Assembly: GCA_001244265.2 (NCBI GenBank) | Contig: CDLV01000006.1 | Coordinates: forward strand, 806,001 to 870,000 | Source: Microbotryum violaceum | Lineage: Eukaryota | Reading direction: 5' to 3' | Length of the DNA stretch: 64,000 nt | Part shown: one piece after another, positions 34,378 through 49,019 of the stretch | Numbering within the stretch: the stretch's first letter is position 1 | Layout of the letters: every line of letters starts with the position of its first letter | Position numbers and translations under genes: made by a program | The notes under the pieces: generated by a model | Databases searched by the model: none | What the model was told of the DNA's origin: nothing | The model's input: only the letters and a program-made list of their open reading frames with translations

Positions 34378-37016
34378 ATGATCCTACATGGCTCACGGTA
34401 CCACTTGGTCACCCTCGTCCTGTTGTCGGTTCTTGCGGGTTCGGCCCTCGCCGTCTGGCCTCAGCCTCGAGCGATCTCCCGCGGTACAGGGACTGTACGA
34501 CTGTCCAAGCATTTCTGCATCGTGATTGACAAGGAGGACGAGCGCCTTCTCAAGGCCAAGATTCTAGATGTAAATGACATGCCGAACGTCGCAGTTGGAG
34601 TTGTGCGGGAGACTACTATGCAGTGGAGGACTGACGAACCATTTCACGTGACCTCGATCTCGAATCAGCTGGCCCAAGCTATTCAGCGATCGCAGTCGAG
34701 GATTCAACGCGATACTCATGCACTTCTCAAGCTGGACCGGGGAGCTTCGTACCTGTAAGTCTGTTTTGCCGGGGAGGCGATAATGCTTCTCCTTGTACTC
34801 ACGCGACGGCCTAACAACGTCTCCACATGGGCCGCTTCGGCAACAGAAAGTCCGTCCGAGAAGCGGCGGTCTTGACGACACTGTCGCTTTCCATCAAACC
34901 CGAAGGACGACGACGTCCGATCACGTACGAGACAAACCTTCCGTATGAAAAGCAGGATGAATCTTGTACGTCGCATCAAGCACCCTCCTGTGCTGTTTGC
35001 AAATGTAGGACAGCTCATCCCAAATCTTCTCACGACGGACAAATTATTTTTTGGCATCAGATACCCTCACGGTTCCTGCAAGATGCTCGAAGGGCCTGTG
35101 CACCGGCACCCTCACCGCCGAGACCACTTTGGGCTTGCTAAGGGGCCTGACGACGTTCGAGCAACTCGTCTATTCGTTCCCCTCGAGCGTCAAATCCAAG
35201 TCCAAGTTCATCATCGACATGCCCATCAAAATCGAGGACAAGCCAGCCTTCCCCCATCGCGCATTCATGCTTGACACAAGTCGTAACTTCTACAGTATAG
35301 GAGGTAAGTCTCAATCAAGCGGAACTTATGACTTGAACTTAAAACTTAGTGCATCTTCTCGGTTCCGGACTCACCTCGTTGCTGTCTTGTTTCACTCCAG
35401 ACATTTTTCGCACGCTGGACACGATGAGCTCGGTCAAGCTCAATGTTTTCCATTGGTCAGTACACTTCGTGTTGCCGTCAGGAACCACACTGACCTGTTA
35501 TGTGTACAACGCAGGCACGCGACCGATTCGCAATCGTGGCCCCTGTCTCTCCCCGCCTTCCCCGAGCTCGCCAAAGCAGGCGCGTATTCGCACGACCAAA
35601 TCTATTCGACGAGTGACATCAAACGCGTTCAAAAGTTTGCGAATTTGAGGGGTATCTCAGTCTTGCTCGAGATCGACATGCCTGGTCACACGGCTTCGAT
35701 CGCAGAGGCTTATCCGCAGTACATAGCCTGCCCGAATCAGGATTGGACCAAATATGCCAACGAACCACCGACTGGTAACTTGCTCTTCGCACCGTGATTG
35801 CTCTGTGGATCTTGCGTGTTGATTTCTTTCCATGGATTCGCTTACTCGCACAGGCCAACTCAAGCTTGGGGACGCCGAGACGAGGAGATTCGCGAGTGCG
35901 GTCGTGAAAGATGCGAGCTCGGTGATGAAGTCACCCTACTTCTCCGTCGGAGGCGATGAGATTGTCAGTATCACACCCTGCGGCTTCGCGTAGTGAAAGG
36001 TGAAGAGCTGATGGCAATCTCGGTTCAAATGATAAATCGCGCAGAACGAAGCCTGCTACCAAATCGATCCAACGACCTCTGCCGCTCTCAAGCAGCGGTC
36101 CATAAGCTCACTTCTTAAAACCTTCTTCGACTCTGTGCATGGCGTACTCGAGGTGGCCAAAAAGACCCCCGTCGTATGGGAAGACATCGTTCTCAAACAC
36201 AACGTCTCGGCGGGCGGAAAGAAGGCGATCGTCATGACTTGGATTTCAGCGAATAGTGTACAATCACTGGTGCAAGAGGGATACCGAGTCGTGCATGCCT
36301 CTTCGGAATACCTCTACCTCGATTGCGGAGGTGGTGCTTGGGTGGGCGGTACAACGGGCAATTCTTGGTGCGAGTGAGTAATATGTGAGCTGGCGGTCCT
36401 CGCTGATTAGACTCAGGAGCTGATTTTCGCCTTTGGTGTTTTTCACAGTCCTTTCAAATCCTGGCAAAAGGTGAGTGACCTATCCTGCGACCTTTTCTGA
36501 ACCCGTCCCCTTCTAATTGCTCCCCTTCTTGCCAACACACCCTTCTTGCCAACACAGATCTACTCTTTCGACCCTTACGCCAATATCACGAGCTCTCAAC
36601 GCCGATTGATCATGGGCGGTGAAACATTGCTCTGGTCCGAGCAATCGGATGGGTCGAATCTCGATCCTACCACTTGGTGCGAACTCTTTATCTCGAGTCT
36701 ACCCTCATTGACTGCGAAGAAGGCAACTGATACTCCTCTAAACACAAACTCACTCCCATCAGGCCACGAGCAGCCGCAGCTGCCGAAGTATTCTGGACCA
36801 ACAACGCCAGCCGCAGAGCGATCGACGCGTTGCCGAGATTGCACGATTGGAGGTATCGCGCCGTCCAAAGGGGCGTCGCTGCGATTCCGATCGGTCCTGA
36901 ATAGTCAGTCCTCTCACTTCCCACCACTCTAGTTCCACATGCAAGAACTGATGCTCACCGAACCTTTGCGTCTTGTACCCAGCTGCGCATTGCGGCCAGG
37001 TGCTTGCAACTTGTAG
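34378..37016 (+). CDS. Secreted beta-N-acetylhexosaminidase (GH20), multi-exon
   Basis: Signal peptide then VWPQP; DKPAFPHRAFMLDTSRNF, DSQSWP, EIDMPGH, GGDE, YLYLDCG, GGETLLWSEQ, CALRPGACNL*. Confidence 0.92.
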
Positions 37017-37253
37017 GACTCTTCCGCCACGCGCCTCTTTAACGTTCCTCCTACGACCACGATATCCGAAACCCCTTTTCCAGACACGCTTTCACGCCAG
37101 TCAAGTAGTATGAGTGAAGTAATACGTTCTATTTTGTAGAATTGCACAAATAAACCAGGGCGCTTGCGTGCCTGCTATGCCGAATGAGTTCACCAAGATC
37201 TCACCAATCACTTTCAAGGAAAGAAGGCGATAACGAGAGCCTCGGGGTGTTTC

Positions 37254-39531
37254 TTAATCCTCGTCCCAGTTGGGGTTTTGTTTCGGTGCTGCCGGTCCAC
37301 CCGCTTGCCTCGACATGATGATAGAATCGACCCTCAAAACCGACACTGCCGCATCAGTCCCATACCTCAACGCCCACCGTGTCGCAGCCAACAGATCAAA
37401 GATCTCGTGCTTCTCCGCATCGATTAAGCCACCATTCTCGCCTTCGATATCCACACCAATGACCCCTCTCTCATCAGCTTGATGAGCGGCATACAACCGA
37501 CTCAACGTCTCCGTTGCGTCCAGCCCCGCGTTCTCCGCCAACGTTCGCGGGACGACCTCAAGCGCATCGGCGAATCGTTTGATCGCATGTTGGGCCAACC
37601 CAGGGGTCTTTTCACCAATCTCGGCAATTCGTTTGGCAAGTTCCAGTTCGGTCGCGCCCGCACCGGCGACGAGACGAGCGTCTTTGAGGATCCCTTTGAC
37701 GACGTTGACGCCGTCGTCGATCGCTCGTTCGATATCGTCCATTTGGTTCGTCGTCGCACCTCGCACCACCACGGTCGCCGTTCGGGTCGCCTCGTCGGCT
37801 TGACGGAACACGGTGACGCGATCGCCACCGATCTCGACCGTTTCGACGATGTCGCATTGGCCCATTTCGTCGATCGTCGGGGCTCCGAGACGCGCGAGCG
37901 GGGTCGCGCCGACGACGCGGCACAATCGTCGCAAGTCGAATTTGGAGAGAACCTTGATGACGAGGATGCCGTGGCGGTTGAGGTAGTGCAGCGCGAGTTC
38001 ACCGACCGACGAGCCAGCGACGACGACGTTCAATCCCGAATCAGCGAGCTCTTGGAAGATCTGTAGTGCGCGGTCGATCAGTATTATTGGATGATTCATA
38101 CACATTCGTCACCAGCGGGGCGCACCTTTTCCATATGCTTCTCCTCCCCCCTGGAAAAGTTGAGCAACTCCTCCGAGTTCTTGAGCAGAACCGTCCCTTT
38201 GGTCTCGGTCTGCGCAATGTCGATCCCGCAGGTGAAGACGCCGACCTTGGCGTTGGCGGCGTTGAGCACGGTCCCTTCTGGTTCGCGACCAAAGACCATA
38301 CCGCGCACGACTCGGCTCTGCGAAAGACCACCTCCGAGGATCTTGACGACTCGGACGTTGTCGACGTTGAACTGTGGATGTCGAACCAATGAGTGCAGTC
38401 TTAGCAACAAGGTCAATGTGTGTCTGGCAGACATAGTTGACCCACGTTCTTAGGGTTCTTGGGCATGACGGCCATGACGGCCTCGGCGACGAGTTTGGAC
38501 AGGAGGTCCTCGGATCCGTACTGCTTGGAAGCGAGCGTCGGCTTGAGCGCGAGTCGGAGACTGGCGTCGGTCAAAGGTGTTTCGAGCGTTCGGATCGACA
38601 GCTCTGTTTCAGCCAATGGGGGTTCGTCAGTGAATTGGGGCAAAGCTGACGCCAGCACAGCAGAGAGAAAAGCACTGACTCTCCAATTCCTCGATCGCCC
38701 TGTCGCGGGCCATCTCGTACCCCAACACGACCTCACTCGGATGAAGTCCCATCGTCAAGAGGTATTCGGCCTTGCGAAGCAGCTCGCCCGCAAGTATGAG
38801 CACGAGGTTGGTGCGGTCGCCCATTTCGACCTCTTGTTGCTGCGAGGCCATGACGAGCACCTTGCCGGCGGGGTGCACGACCTCGAGTTCGCGGATGATG
38901 GTCGCCGCATCCGAGGTGACGAAGAGACGCTCGAGGTGGTTGATGACCATCTTGTTGCGTCCATTGGGGCCTGCGGTGAGGAGTGAGGAGGTTAGGATAT
39001 GGATCATTATAGAGAGTGTGTGGGTGCGATGTCACATACCAAATGAACTGAGGGATGCGACGGAAGGAAAAGGGTCGTGAGATAGATCCATGAAGGGTAG
39101 ATGGGTGGTCAGTGACTGAAAGGAGGCAAGTGAAGCTGGTTTGGTTGAATTGCTCACGTCCTGACGATCTCTGCCAATTCTACGACGGCGTGGATGTTGC
39201 TGTGGGTATAAGTGATCCGGGGTCGATTAGGGGCGCGTCAGCTTGGCCGTAGTGGTGGTGGTCGTGGTGGTCGTCGTCATCGTCGAGTGTGAGCGAGTGC
39301 GCCGGTGCCACGAAAGCTTACCGAATAACAGCTTCCTCGATACCCGAGTGCATCTGTTGGAGAAAAGGGAGGGAGTCAGTCGGGATGCTGGCTCGGAATG
39401 TGACGAGGTGCGACGCGAGCACGAGCAGATGACGACTGCGACGAGGAAGAGCAGAGGGGCTGACTGACGTTGTAGCCATCCTTGAAGAGGTTGTTGCCCG
39501 GTCCGGCAGAGGGAATACGTAAGGATCCCAT
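37254..39531 (-). CDS. CCT8: Chaperonin CCT/TRiC subunit theta, multi-exon
   Basis: GPNGRNKMVINHLERLFVTSDAATI, DDIERAIDDGVN, GAGATELEL, C-terminus QAGGP..NWDED. Confidence 0.96.
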
Positions 39532-39837
39532 TGTCGAGTGTGGGTGAGCAGCAGAGGGGTAGCCGACACGCACCGTGTACTGTACTGTCTGCTGGCGCGT
39601 CCCTCCGCGTCTCTCCTCGTCTCTCCTCGTCCCTCTCGCGCGCTCGAGCCTCGCGCAGCCTCTCGCAGCCAGCCGAACAGCCGAGCAGCCGAACAGCCGG
39701 CAGTTCGCCTCGCAGCCAGCAGCCAGAACCCACGCCGGGCAGCGGGTCTCTCATTCCAACTCGACCACGCTCGCCTCGAAGCACCACTCAATCAGCCTTC
39801 GTCTCCATTTCAACTTTGCCTTCGAGCCAGCCCCAAC

Positions 39838-41572
39838 ATGGCTGCTCCGACATCACCCTCGCCCTCCCTGTTAACCGATGCACCCCCTCCGCTGGCCTCG
39901 TCCTCGTCGTCCTCGAGCCAGCGCAGTCGACCGCCACCCGCCGTTCATCTCGTTGCAGGAGGGTCAGTTCCGTTCCCCCTCTCTCAGCGCACCTCCTCAA
40001 CACTCACACGAATACTCATTCCCTCACTCCACCCCACAGCCTCGGAGGAATGTGCGGCTCCGTCGTCACAGCCCCCTTTGACCTCGTGAAAACGCGGCTC
40101 CAATCCGACATGTTCCATTCCACCTCCACCTCCACCTCCACCTCCACCTCCGCAACCTCCACCCTACCGCGCGGACCGATCCGACAGCTTCTGGGAGCAT
40201 TCGCAGATACAGGTCGAATATTGAGGTAGGTGACCCAACCTACGCCGTCGACCGCTCCTATCTACGCTCACCCAAGCCCAAGCCCGATGTGCAACTCGGC
40301 TTCGTCGCACTTCGCAAGCGGGTCCTGCGGATTGCGGCCAGTCGGGACTTGGATGTACGCGCATGAACTCACCTCCACACCCCTCTGCCCGTTCATGTGC
40401 ACCCATGCAGGGACATCTACAAGTACGAGGGACCCACCGCACTCTTCAAAGGACTCGGCCCCACACTTGTCGGCGTCGTACCGGGAAGGTCAGTGTCCCC
40501 CCCCCCCCCCCCCACCCTTGGCCACCCCGGCCTCGCCCCCTGTCTCATCCTTGTTTCTCCCCGCCATCGGTCCCCGCTTTCTTCCAGGTCCATCAATTTC
40601 TTCGTTTATGGAAACGGAAAGCAAATCTATGCCGACGCATTCAATCACGGCAAAGAGAATGCATTCGTCCATCTTTCGGCAGCTGCAACAGCAGGTCAGT
40701 CCAAAGTGGGGGTAGATGAACTGAACTGTCTCGGGGTCAGCCGCTCACCCGTCGTTCACGACCTCGCAGGTGTCATCACCGCCACGGCCACAAACCCCAT
40801 CTGGGTCGTCAAAACGGTCATGCAACTGCAGCAGCAACAACGACCAGGCAACTCGTCCTCATCCACTTCCTCTTCCTCCGCTGCTTCTCGAAAACCGCTC
40901 CCTTCCTTCCCGACGACGGTCAACCGAGCAACAGCGACCTTGTCCTCGTTTTCCCACTCATTCCGCTCCATCACCTCTCCGCCACTACCTCTCTCAACCA
41001 AGCCAACCTCCTATACGACCACCATGCGCATCTACCGCAAAGAAGGGATTCGAGGATTCTACAAGGGCCTTTCCGCAAGTCTACTCGGGGTCACAGAGGG
41101 GACGATCCAATGGGGGTTGTATGAGCAGTTCAAGCTTTTGGCGAGGAAGGGGCAGAGTTTGGAGGAGAGGGAGAAGGTGGGGAATGGAGGTTGGAGGGTT
41201 AGTGTGGCGGCGGGAAGTGCCAAATTGGTCGCGACGATGATCACTTATCCTCATGAGGTCAGTTGATGTGGTGAATCTGGCTGTTGGACACTCCGAGGGC
41301 TTGTGACTGATTGATTGCATACTGCTTTTATATAGGTCATTCGAACTCGATTACGACAACCCTCCCCACCGGGCCAATCACCGCGCTACACCTCTTTGCT
41401 CCAATCCTTCAAATTGGTCCTAGCTGAAAAAGGTTGGCGAGCCCTATACGGTGGCATGAGTCCCCATCTCTTGAGGGTCGTCCCCAACGCGGTGACGATG
41501 TTTTGGGTCTATGAGAAGGTTGTAGGGATGTTTGATCAACCTGAGCGTAGAATGGAGGCGAGGAGGGATTGA
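39838..41572 (+). CDS. RIM2: Mitochondrial carrier (Rim2/SLC25A33-36 pyrimidine nucleotide type), multi-exon
   Basis: Three signature motifs PFDLVKTRLQ, PIWVVKT and PHEVIRTRLRQ; GLGPTLVGVVPGR. Confidence 0.88.
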
Positions 41573-41863
41573 TTCCACGGTCAAGAGGATCATTCAATTC
41601 GCACGGAGATCCATCATGGACCCTTAGCAGGTGGATGTGTCTTGCAAGCTCCTTTGCAACACTGTTTTCTTTCGCATATCATCTTATTTTCTTCACATCA
41701 CTCTATCGATCACGTAGCAAATTGCAATATAATCGCATGCAAGATGGTCACGAGAAAATTCTCGAGAGCCAAAGTCGTCGCGAGCTGACGCGCGCGCGAC
41801 CATCACCCAGGTCCTCTTCTCCGGCGCCCACTCGACCTCAGCTCCACCGACTGTTCACGCACC

Positions 41864-44175
41864 ATGTCAGCTATCGTGTACGTCCTTTCAAGTTCATAAG
41901 CACTCGTTCATACCACGGTCCCAGCTAATCTTCTGGACCCTCCTCTGTGCATGTACCCAGCGCCGTCGAACCCGTGACGTCCGGAACGGCGCTGCTCAAG
42001 ACATCAGTCGGAGAGATCCTCATCGAGTTATGGCCTCGTGAAGCACCGAAGGCATGTCGGAAGTGAGTACAGCAAGTACCTAAACTCAACTACCGCTCTG
42101 ATCGCCCGATAGCTGATTCAACGCATCGTCTGGTCGTACGCCTGAACTCGATTAGTTTCGTTCAACTAGCGATGGAAGGCTATTACGACGACCTACCCTT
42201 CCACCGCATAGTACCCGGCTTCATCGCCCAAACAGGCGATGCAACAGGGACCGGAACTGGCGGGGAGAGTATCTATGATGAGGGAGAGTTCGAGGATGAG
42301 TTCTCCCAGGTTCGTTCTCTGATGCTCGTCCGGCGGATCAGTGGTGATTGCAGGCGTAGCTGATGATGTAGGTGATGCTGAACATGACAGAGGCTCAAGT
42401 TCAATCGACGGGGGTTGTTGGGTATGGCGAACCAAGGTCGGAATACCAACCTTTCGCAGTCAGTCATACCATCTCTAGCTTCGAGTAACCCCAACCCCCA
42501 CACCCGTCTGTTCCCCTCGAGCTAATCTCGGTCACGAACCCCCTCCCATCCACACCTCTCCTCCAACCCGGCCCGCCAGATTCTTCTTCACCCTCGACCG
42601 CGCCGACGAACTCTACCAACGCAACACCCTCTTCGCGCGCGTAGCAGCCGGCGATACGCTCTTCAACGTTCTCAAAATAGGTGAAGTTGAACTCGAACCC
42701 GGAACGGATCGACCCGTTTACCCACCCAAGATTCATTCGATCCGTATTTTGGATAATCCTTTCGAGGATATCGTGCCGAGGATCACCCCGGAGGAGAGGA
42801 AGGAACAAGATAGGGCTAAGAGGGAGATGAGGTTGGAGAGGGCCAAGCAGAAACAGTTTGGTAAGAGGAAGGGGACCAAGTGAGTTTCGAACGGTGAAAG
42901 ACGGGGGGCGAGAAGGATTCGAACAGGCTCGGCCGCTACCGGACACAAGGGCACCCCCTTCGATTCGGAAGAGCATGGGTACTGATAACTACTGTCGCAT
43001 CACCGCAGAAATAAAGCGCTCCTCTCTTTCGGTGCCGAACCCGAAGAAGAAGCGCCCATCGATCCCGACTTGGCCAAAGCCAAGTTCAAATCCGCTCACG
43101 ACGTACTTGACGACGGTCAATTGAGCAAAGAGGTCATTGATGATCGTGGGACATCGGCGACGTTGCCTGATTGGATGCAGGCGCCTACCCGTGCTTCGGC
43201 GGCTGTACCGACGGCTGGGAAGAGAAAGGAAGACGAGAAAAGGAGGGATGCTGCGGAGGTGAGGGAATTGGAGAGCAGTTGACACGATAGAGTAGTTGAA
43301 CTGAAGTTTCTTTACTCGTCACCGATACCGTGCAGGAGCTCAAAATGGCCGAATCGATGTCGTTGCGACACGCCAAGGAACAAAAGGCCAAAGCTGCGGC
43401 GAATCCTACTGCGGCGGATAAAGTCAGGGACGCGATCGCCAAAGTCCAAGCCGACCTCAAAAGAATGACCCGAGATGAAGAGGCCGGGTCTTCGGACGAG
43501 GATGAGAGGGAGACGAGCAAAGCCAAGAAGCCGAAACGGAGTGGTCCTTCATTGTTACAGCTCGAGAGGGAAAAGTATCAAAAAGCCGGTGCGCTCAAGA
43601 AGGGTCGTGGCAAGCCGAATGAGGATGACATGTTGACGATCCTTGATGGGTTCAAGAGCAAGTTGAAGCAGGCTAGACCTAAAGGGAAAGAAAAGGAGAA
43701 GGAGAAGGAAATCGGAAAGGATCGTAAAGAATCGGACGAACGGTATGGGATTGACGAGGATGACGATTCCGACGTCGAGGATTGGATGTCGCATAAGCTC
43801 GTGTTCCGCAAAGATGCGACATTGGACCAACATACGATTGACGAATACTCGGTCGTTGATCCTTTGGCGAAGGAGACGGCGTCGTTGGCGGAGTTGCAGG
43901 AGAAGAAGGACTCGAAAAGGAGGTACCCTGGGGACCATAAAGATGAACGAGGAGGAGGGGGCGGGCGATCGGATCAACTCTCGAGGGACTCGGGAGGTCG
44001 AAGGGATGGTCGGTCATCCAGGAGGGACGACGGTGGTCGAGGCGGTGGTCGAGGCGGTGGTCGAGGCGGTAGTGGTAGTGTTGCTGGAGGGGGAGGATTT
44101 GATCGCCGAGGTGAACGGCCCGAGGTGCGCGACGATTGGAAGCAGGATCGAATGAGGACGAATGACTTGGCCTAG
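41864..44175 (+). CDS. CWC27: Spliceosomal cyclophilin Cwc27, multi-exon
   Basis: [75 protein letters not shown]. Confidence 0.92.
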
Positions 44176-44648
44176 GCCGAGGCGAGAGTGCGCATGATAA
44201 TACGCAATCACAGCCCCCCACCCTTGAATCATACTTTAGCTACGTTGGGCACTGTCTGACCCGAGAGAGCTTTTGCAATCTTGAGTCGCAATCGGTCGGT
44301 CGCACCGGCCGCGTGAAAAGGAGCAAGAGGCCCGTTGCTCCTTTCCCCGCCGTAGTCTCCCTGAGCTCGCCGGCGCGCCGGGTTGACGCTGACGCTTGTT
44401 CCTCTGCGTTACCCCTCACCGATAAGCTGAGACCTGACTCATTCGTGCCCGAACCCGACGCGCCCGATCGCTCCTTGCTCCGATTCGATCGCCCTGACGA
44501 CTCCTCTTGCTCGTTGTGGTACCTCTCATCACATCGCTATCGCCTTTGAGACAAGTTCGCGGCTAACTAGTGCGGTGAAACGGAACGAATCACGCGCTTC
44601 GACGTGGGCTAGCCACAAAGTGACACGACCTCACTACGTGACGTCGAC

Positions 44649-47600
44649 ATGGATTCTCCCTCGCCAGCTAGCACCTACTACTCGACCGTCGATACGCCCT
44701 CCTCGAGTGGTACAGCCGATTCACCCCCTGCTGGTGATGCAGAAGCGGTCCAAGGTGGCGCTCTCGACGACTCGGCGGCGCTCGTTAATCAACTCGAGTC
44801 CATGAGCCTTCGCGCCTCCTCCCAGTCCCCACTTCCTCAACAACCGCCTGGCGCATTCCCCACCGTATTACACTTTGGTCCGACCCATGCTCCTGCCACA
44901 GCATCGTTGACCGTAGGCGAGGACGTCGCCGCCGTCAAAGTCGAGTCCGCCGGGCTGCCGCCTTCGTTGCAAGCCGCAGAGTCTCCTATCAGGGTCACAG
45001 CCGCCGTGGCGGGGCCTGAATATTCGTCGCCTTCCAAAAGTCTGGATGTGCTCTCCATCAGCTCGAACGCGAGTTCGCTAAGCTCCCCCTGGTCGAACCC
45101 CATGACGCCCTCGCCTTTCCCCAAGATCGCGACCGATCCCCACTTGACCAAACCGATCGTGTCGCCCGCACCGCCTTCTCGACGCACCGTCGTCATCTTT
45201 CAAGAGGCGTGCGCAGGTCATCGTTTCATTCGCTCTTCGGACGTGACGGGCATCGTCGAGCGCCCGGACAGGATCCGGGCTGTCAAGACGGGAGTTGCAG
45301 CAGCGTGGGCTCGACTTGAGGCGCGCAACGTCGCCCAAGGAGGTGTACGATGGATGGGCAACCCTCCTGCAACGCCGGACTCGGACGACGTCGCGCAGAA
45401 CCTGGGCGACCTGCTCAACAATATGAACATCCAGGACCTCAAGGGAAAGGGCAAGGAGATCCTCGGCGGACCATTTGACGTGCTCCAGTCGACAAGTCGG
45501 GCCGCCATCGACGACCCGGCGATTCATTTGATCCACCCACTGCCTCACACCGCTCCCGACGCACCGGATGCCGACATTGCTCCTCCCCCTCCAACCTCAC
45601 CTCCTGCTGCCTCGACTCCGACCCGCGTAAGCCGAGCCTCAGTCGCCTCAACGCCGACTCGGTCCGGGAAAGATGAGGCGTACCCGGCTTCAACCTCGAC
45701 CCCGACCGCCGCCGAACGCGGTCCTGCGACCTTGCCGCCTTGGCCTCAACAGCTCGCCAATTTATGTCGAGGAGCATCGACCGCCATCGCGACCGGTCCG
45801 CGTCATTCCGAGATTCCGGCGCATCTGCCTCAGGGCGATCTATACCTGTCGGAGCAGAGCGAGGATGCCATCTTTGGAGCCATTGGCGCCGTGTGTGAAG
45901 GCGTCGACAGGGTCGTGCAGGGTGCTAGGACAACGGGCAATGGGTATGATCGGGCCTTTGTGGCTATTCGTCCCCCAGGTCATGTGCGTCTTTCGATGCT
46001 CTGCTAGCGGTCGGAAATAGTAAGCTGACTTTTTTTGTTTATCTTGCACTCTGGACAGCACTGTTGTGAGGCCACGCCGATGGGTTTTTGCTTCTTGAAC
46101 AACGTTGCCGTTGCCGCGGCTCATGGTGGGTCGTATCAACACAATTGACTCACGCCGATTGGGCTCCCATTGACAGCCCCATATGCTCTTCTCAGCCCAC
46201 CTCAATCACGGCATTGAACGAGTCGTTATTCTGGACATTGATCTGGTATGTCATGGGAACGTGGTTCTCCCAACTATCTGATTACTGATGCGATGGTTGC
46301 ATGATTGAAATAGCACCATGGCAACGGCACCCAGGACATCGCGTGGCGCATCAACGCTGACGCCAACCGCGCCGTTCAGGAGTTGCAGGCCAAGTCCCCG
46401 CGCAAAGGCTCGCCGCGAAAAAGGGGTTTGCCTTCGTGCCGGCCCAATCTGCAGATCATGTATGCGTCGTTGCACGATATCTTCTCTTATCGTCAGTTTA
46501 CATTTCCGGAGCTGGCATGGTCGACATTCCCGTAGGCAACAGGCTGACACGGGATTTCTTCACAGCTTGCGAGGACGGTGATCCCTCCATGGTCCAAGCC
46601 GCTTCGCTCAATTTGGCCGGCGGACACTCGCAATGGATCTCCAACGTGCATCTCGAACCCTTCGGGACGGAAGCCGAGTTCCACGAAAAGCTGTACCCCA
46701 AGTACCGCCAAGGGTTACTCGGCGCCGCTACGAAATTCCTCGAGCAAACGGCTTCGCGTGACGGCGAGGATGAGAACAGAACTCTGATTATTATAAGTGC
46801 AGGTGAGTTTAGCCCCGCCCACACGAGCGAACCCAAGTTGCTCACACCCTTCTATGGTGGCACAGGTATGGATGCTTCGGAGCACGAGTCGGCCGGCATG
46901 AGCCGTCATCGACGCAACGTCCCTACGACCTTCTTTCACCGCTTCGCTCGCGAGACGGTGGGCCTCGCTACGACTCACGCTGCCGGAAAAGTGCTGGCCG
47001 TACTGGAAGGTGGTTATTCAGATCGTGAGTGCCTTATCTGCACCGAAAACGGGGTACGGTCCGCTAAAGCTGACCCTCTGATCGCAATCCTCCTCCGCTA
47101 CCAGGCGCGCTCTGTTCGGCGACGATGGCGTTGATGGTCGGCCTGACGGAGTCACCACGCCTGCTTGAGAAGACGTTCCTCGCCCAAGACGGCAACGAGA
47201 TATCGTGGTGGGAAGAGAAGAATCTCGCCAAGATCGAAAAGGCGTGCAAACCGAAGCGCGGCAAGCTGCACACCCCCTTCGCTGCGGGAACCGCCGTTCT
47301 CGCTGCAAACGCTTCCGGAGCGAGCACGAACGGCGCTACGGCAACGGCAGCCACCGTGGATCACCCCGACGCCTGGCTCAATCGAACAGTGGAGATTTTT
47401 GCGGCCATCGAAGGATCCGAGACGGTGGCCGCGCCGAACAGTGACGCCGTAGCGGCAGTCAAGGACAAAGCCGGCTTGGGCTCGCGCACTATGCAACTGC
47501 GTGAACGAAGGCCTCGCGGACTGGGCCAAGATTTGGGTTTTGGCGACGGTTCAAGGGACTCGTCGCCGCAACCGTCCGCACAATCGACCCCCGAAAAGAG

Positions 47601-47946
47601 ATCCGGCGTTGGCGCAACACAGCCATTCGTCACGGCATCGACGGCCAGGGAAAACGACTTCATCTCGGGCGAAAAGGCTTTCACGGGCCTCGTGGCGACC
47701 CAAGACATTTCATCGCTCAAAGGCCGAAGCCAAGGCAGCCTGGAAGCCAGTCACGACTCAAACACTGATTCGCAGTTCGTCATGCGACATGGCCATACCT
47801 CTGAACGGACTGCGCCCGCGAGTGATCGCTCAGCTGACGACAGCGCGATCGCTCTCTCGGCCGTCACGCCGGAGCACCATGAGAATGCCCATCCGACAGT
47901 CGCGCCTCGCATCAAATTCACCTGGAAGCAAGGTGGCGTCGAGTAG
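44649..47946 (+). CDS. HOS3: Hos3-like histone deacetylase, multi-exon
   Basis: IVERPDRI, LPQGDLYL, AIRPPGHC, MGFCFLNNV, DIDLHHGNGTQ, ISAGMDASEHE, VLEGGYSDR. Confidence 0.88.
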
Positions 47947-49019
47947 CTGTTAGATACTTTTCCTGGGTGTTTGCAGAGGTGACCATACTCAAAAACCATA
48001 GCTAGGAAGCTGGGTAGAGATCTCCCTGCACGGTGCTGTTCTGTCAGGTTCCTGTGCAATGCTCTATCAAGCGACGGAGCACACTGCCGGCTCTTGGTTT
48101 GGCCTCATAGAACCTCCGATACACGCTCTGCATGAGACACCATCGACTCTGGGTCAGTCATTTCAAATTCCAGTGACCCAGGCTGTTGCACTAGACGAAG
48201 CGAAAATCGGTGTTCTTTTTAACAGGGTCGTGCGACCTCATATCGAAGAGTTGGAACCTTCGATCCAACGTTCCTCCCGCGTGGGCTTGAATTCCGCAGC
48301 CTGTCCGATTGCGCGACGACCCGGCCGAACACGGTGGTCGCGAGCTTGTGAGCTTTTTAGCGTCAGCGAGAAAGCGCGAGATGTGTAAGCCCAGGCGCAG
48401 CGCGCGGATCAGGACGGTCAGGCCTGTCAGCGCTTCAGCACTGAAAGGAGGTCAGGCTATGAGTCATAAGCCCAGCGGTTCGAGAACATCTCCGATGCCG
48501 ATGCCACCGGTCGGTGTACTAGATCTGGTCCGGGTGGTACGACTACTTTTCATTTTCTTTTGCGAGCCCAGTTCGACGCGCGTTGACAGGCATTATTGCA
48601 ATGCATTCGCTTGGCTCTGACGCTCGCGAAAAGCGCAAGCTGACGCCTATTGCTAACGCCGTCGATCGCCGGCATCCGGCCCGGTGGACTGGGACGGAAA
48701 CACGCTCGTCTTGTCAACGTGTGAAGGCCACCAGACTGCACTGGCATACCCAAAACTAAAAGAAGCGAAAAAGACGGCTGTCGACTATGGTACTATTTAT
48801 TTACTAAAAGAGAGGATTGTCCATGGGGTGACTCGTCAAATGGTATTGTCGAATCCAAGAGAAAGGGTATGCAAGCCGGAAAGGGGCGCCGGATGGCGGG
48901 GTGCCCCAACCGCGGCCCAAGGGGTACGTCCTCGAAGCAACGCGCTCACGAGGCCACTACTTCGAGGGTGGGGCCGTGCAAGGATACATATCAAAAACTT
49001 TGGGACTGATTTGGGAGCT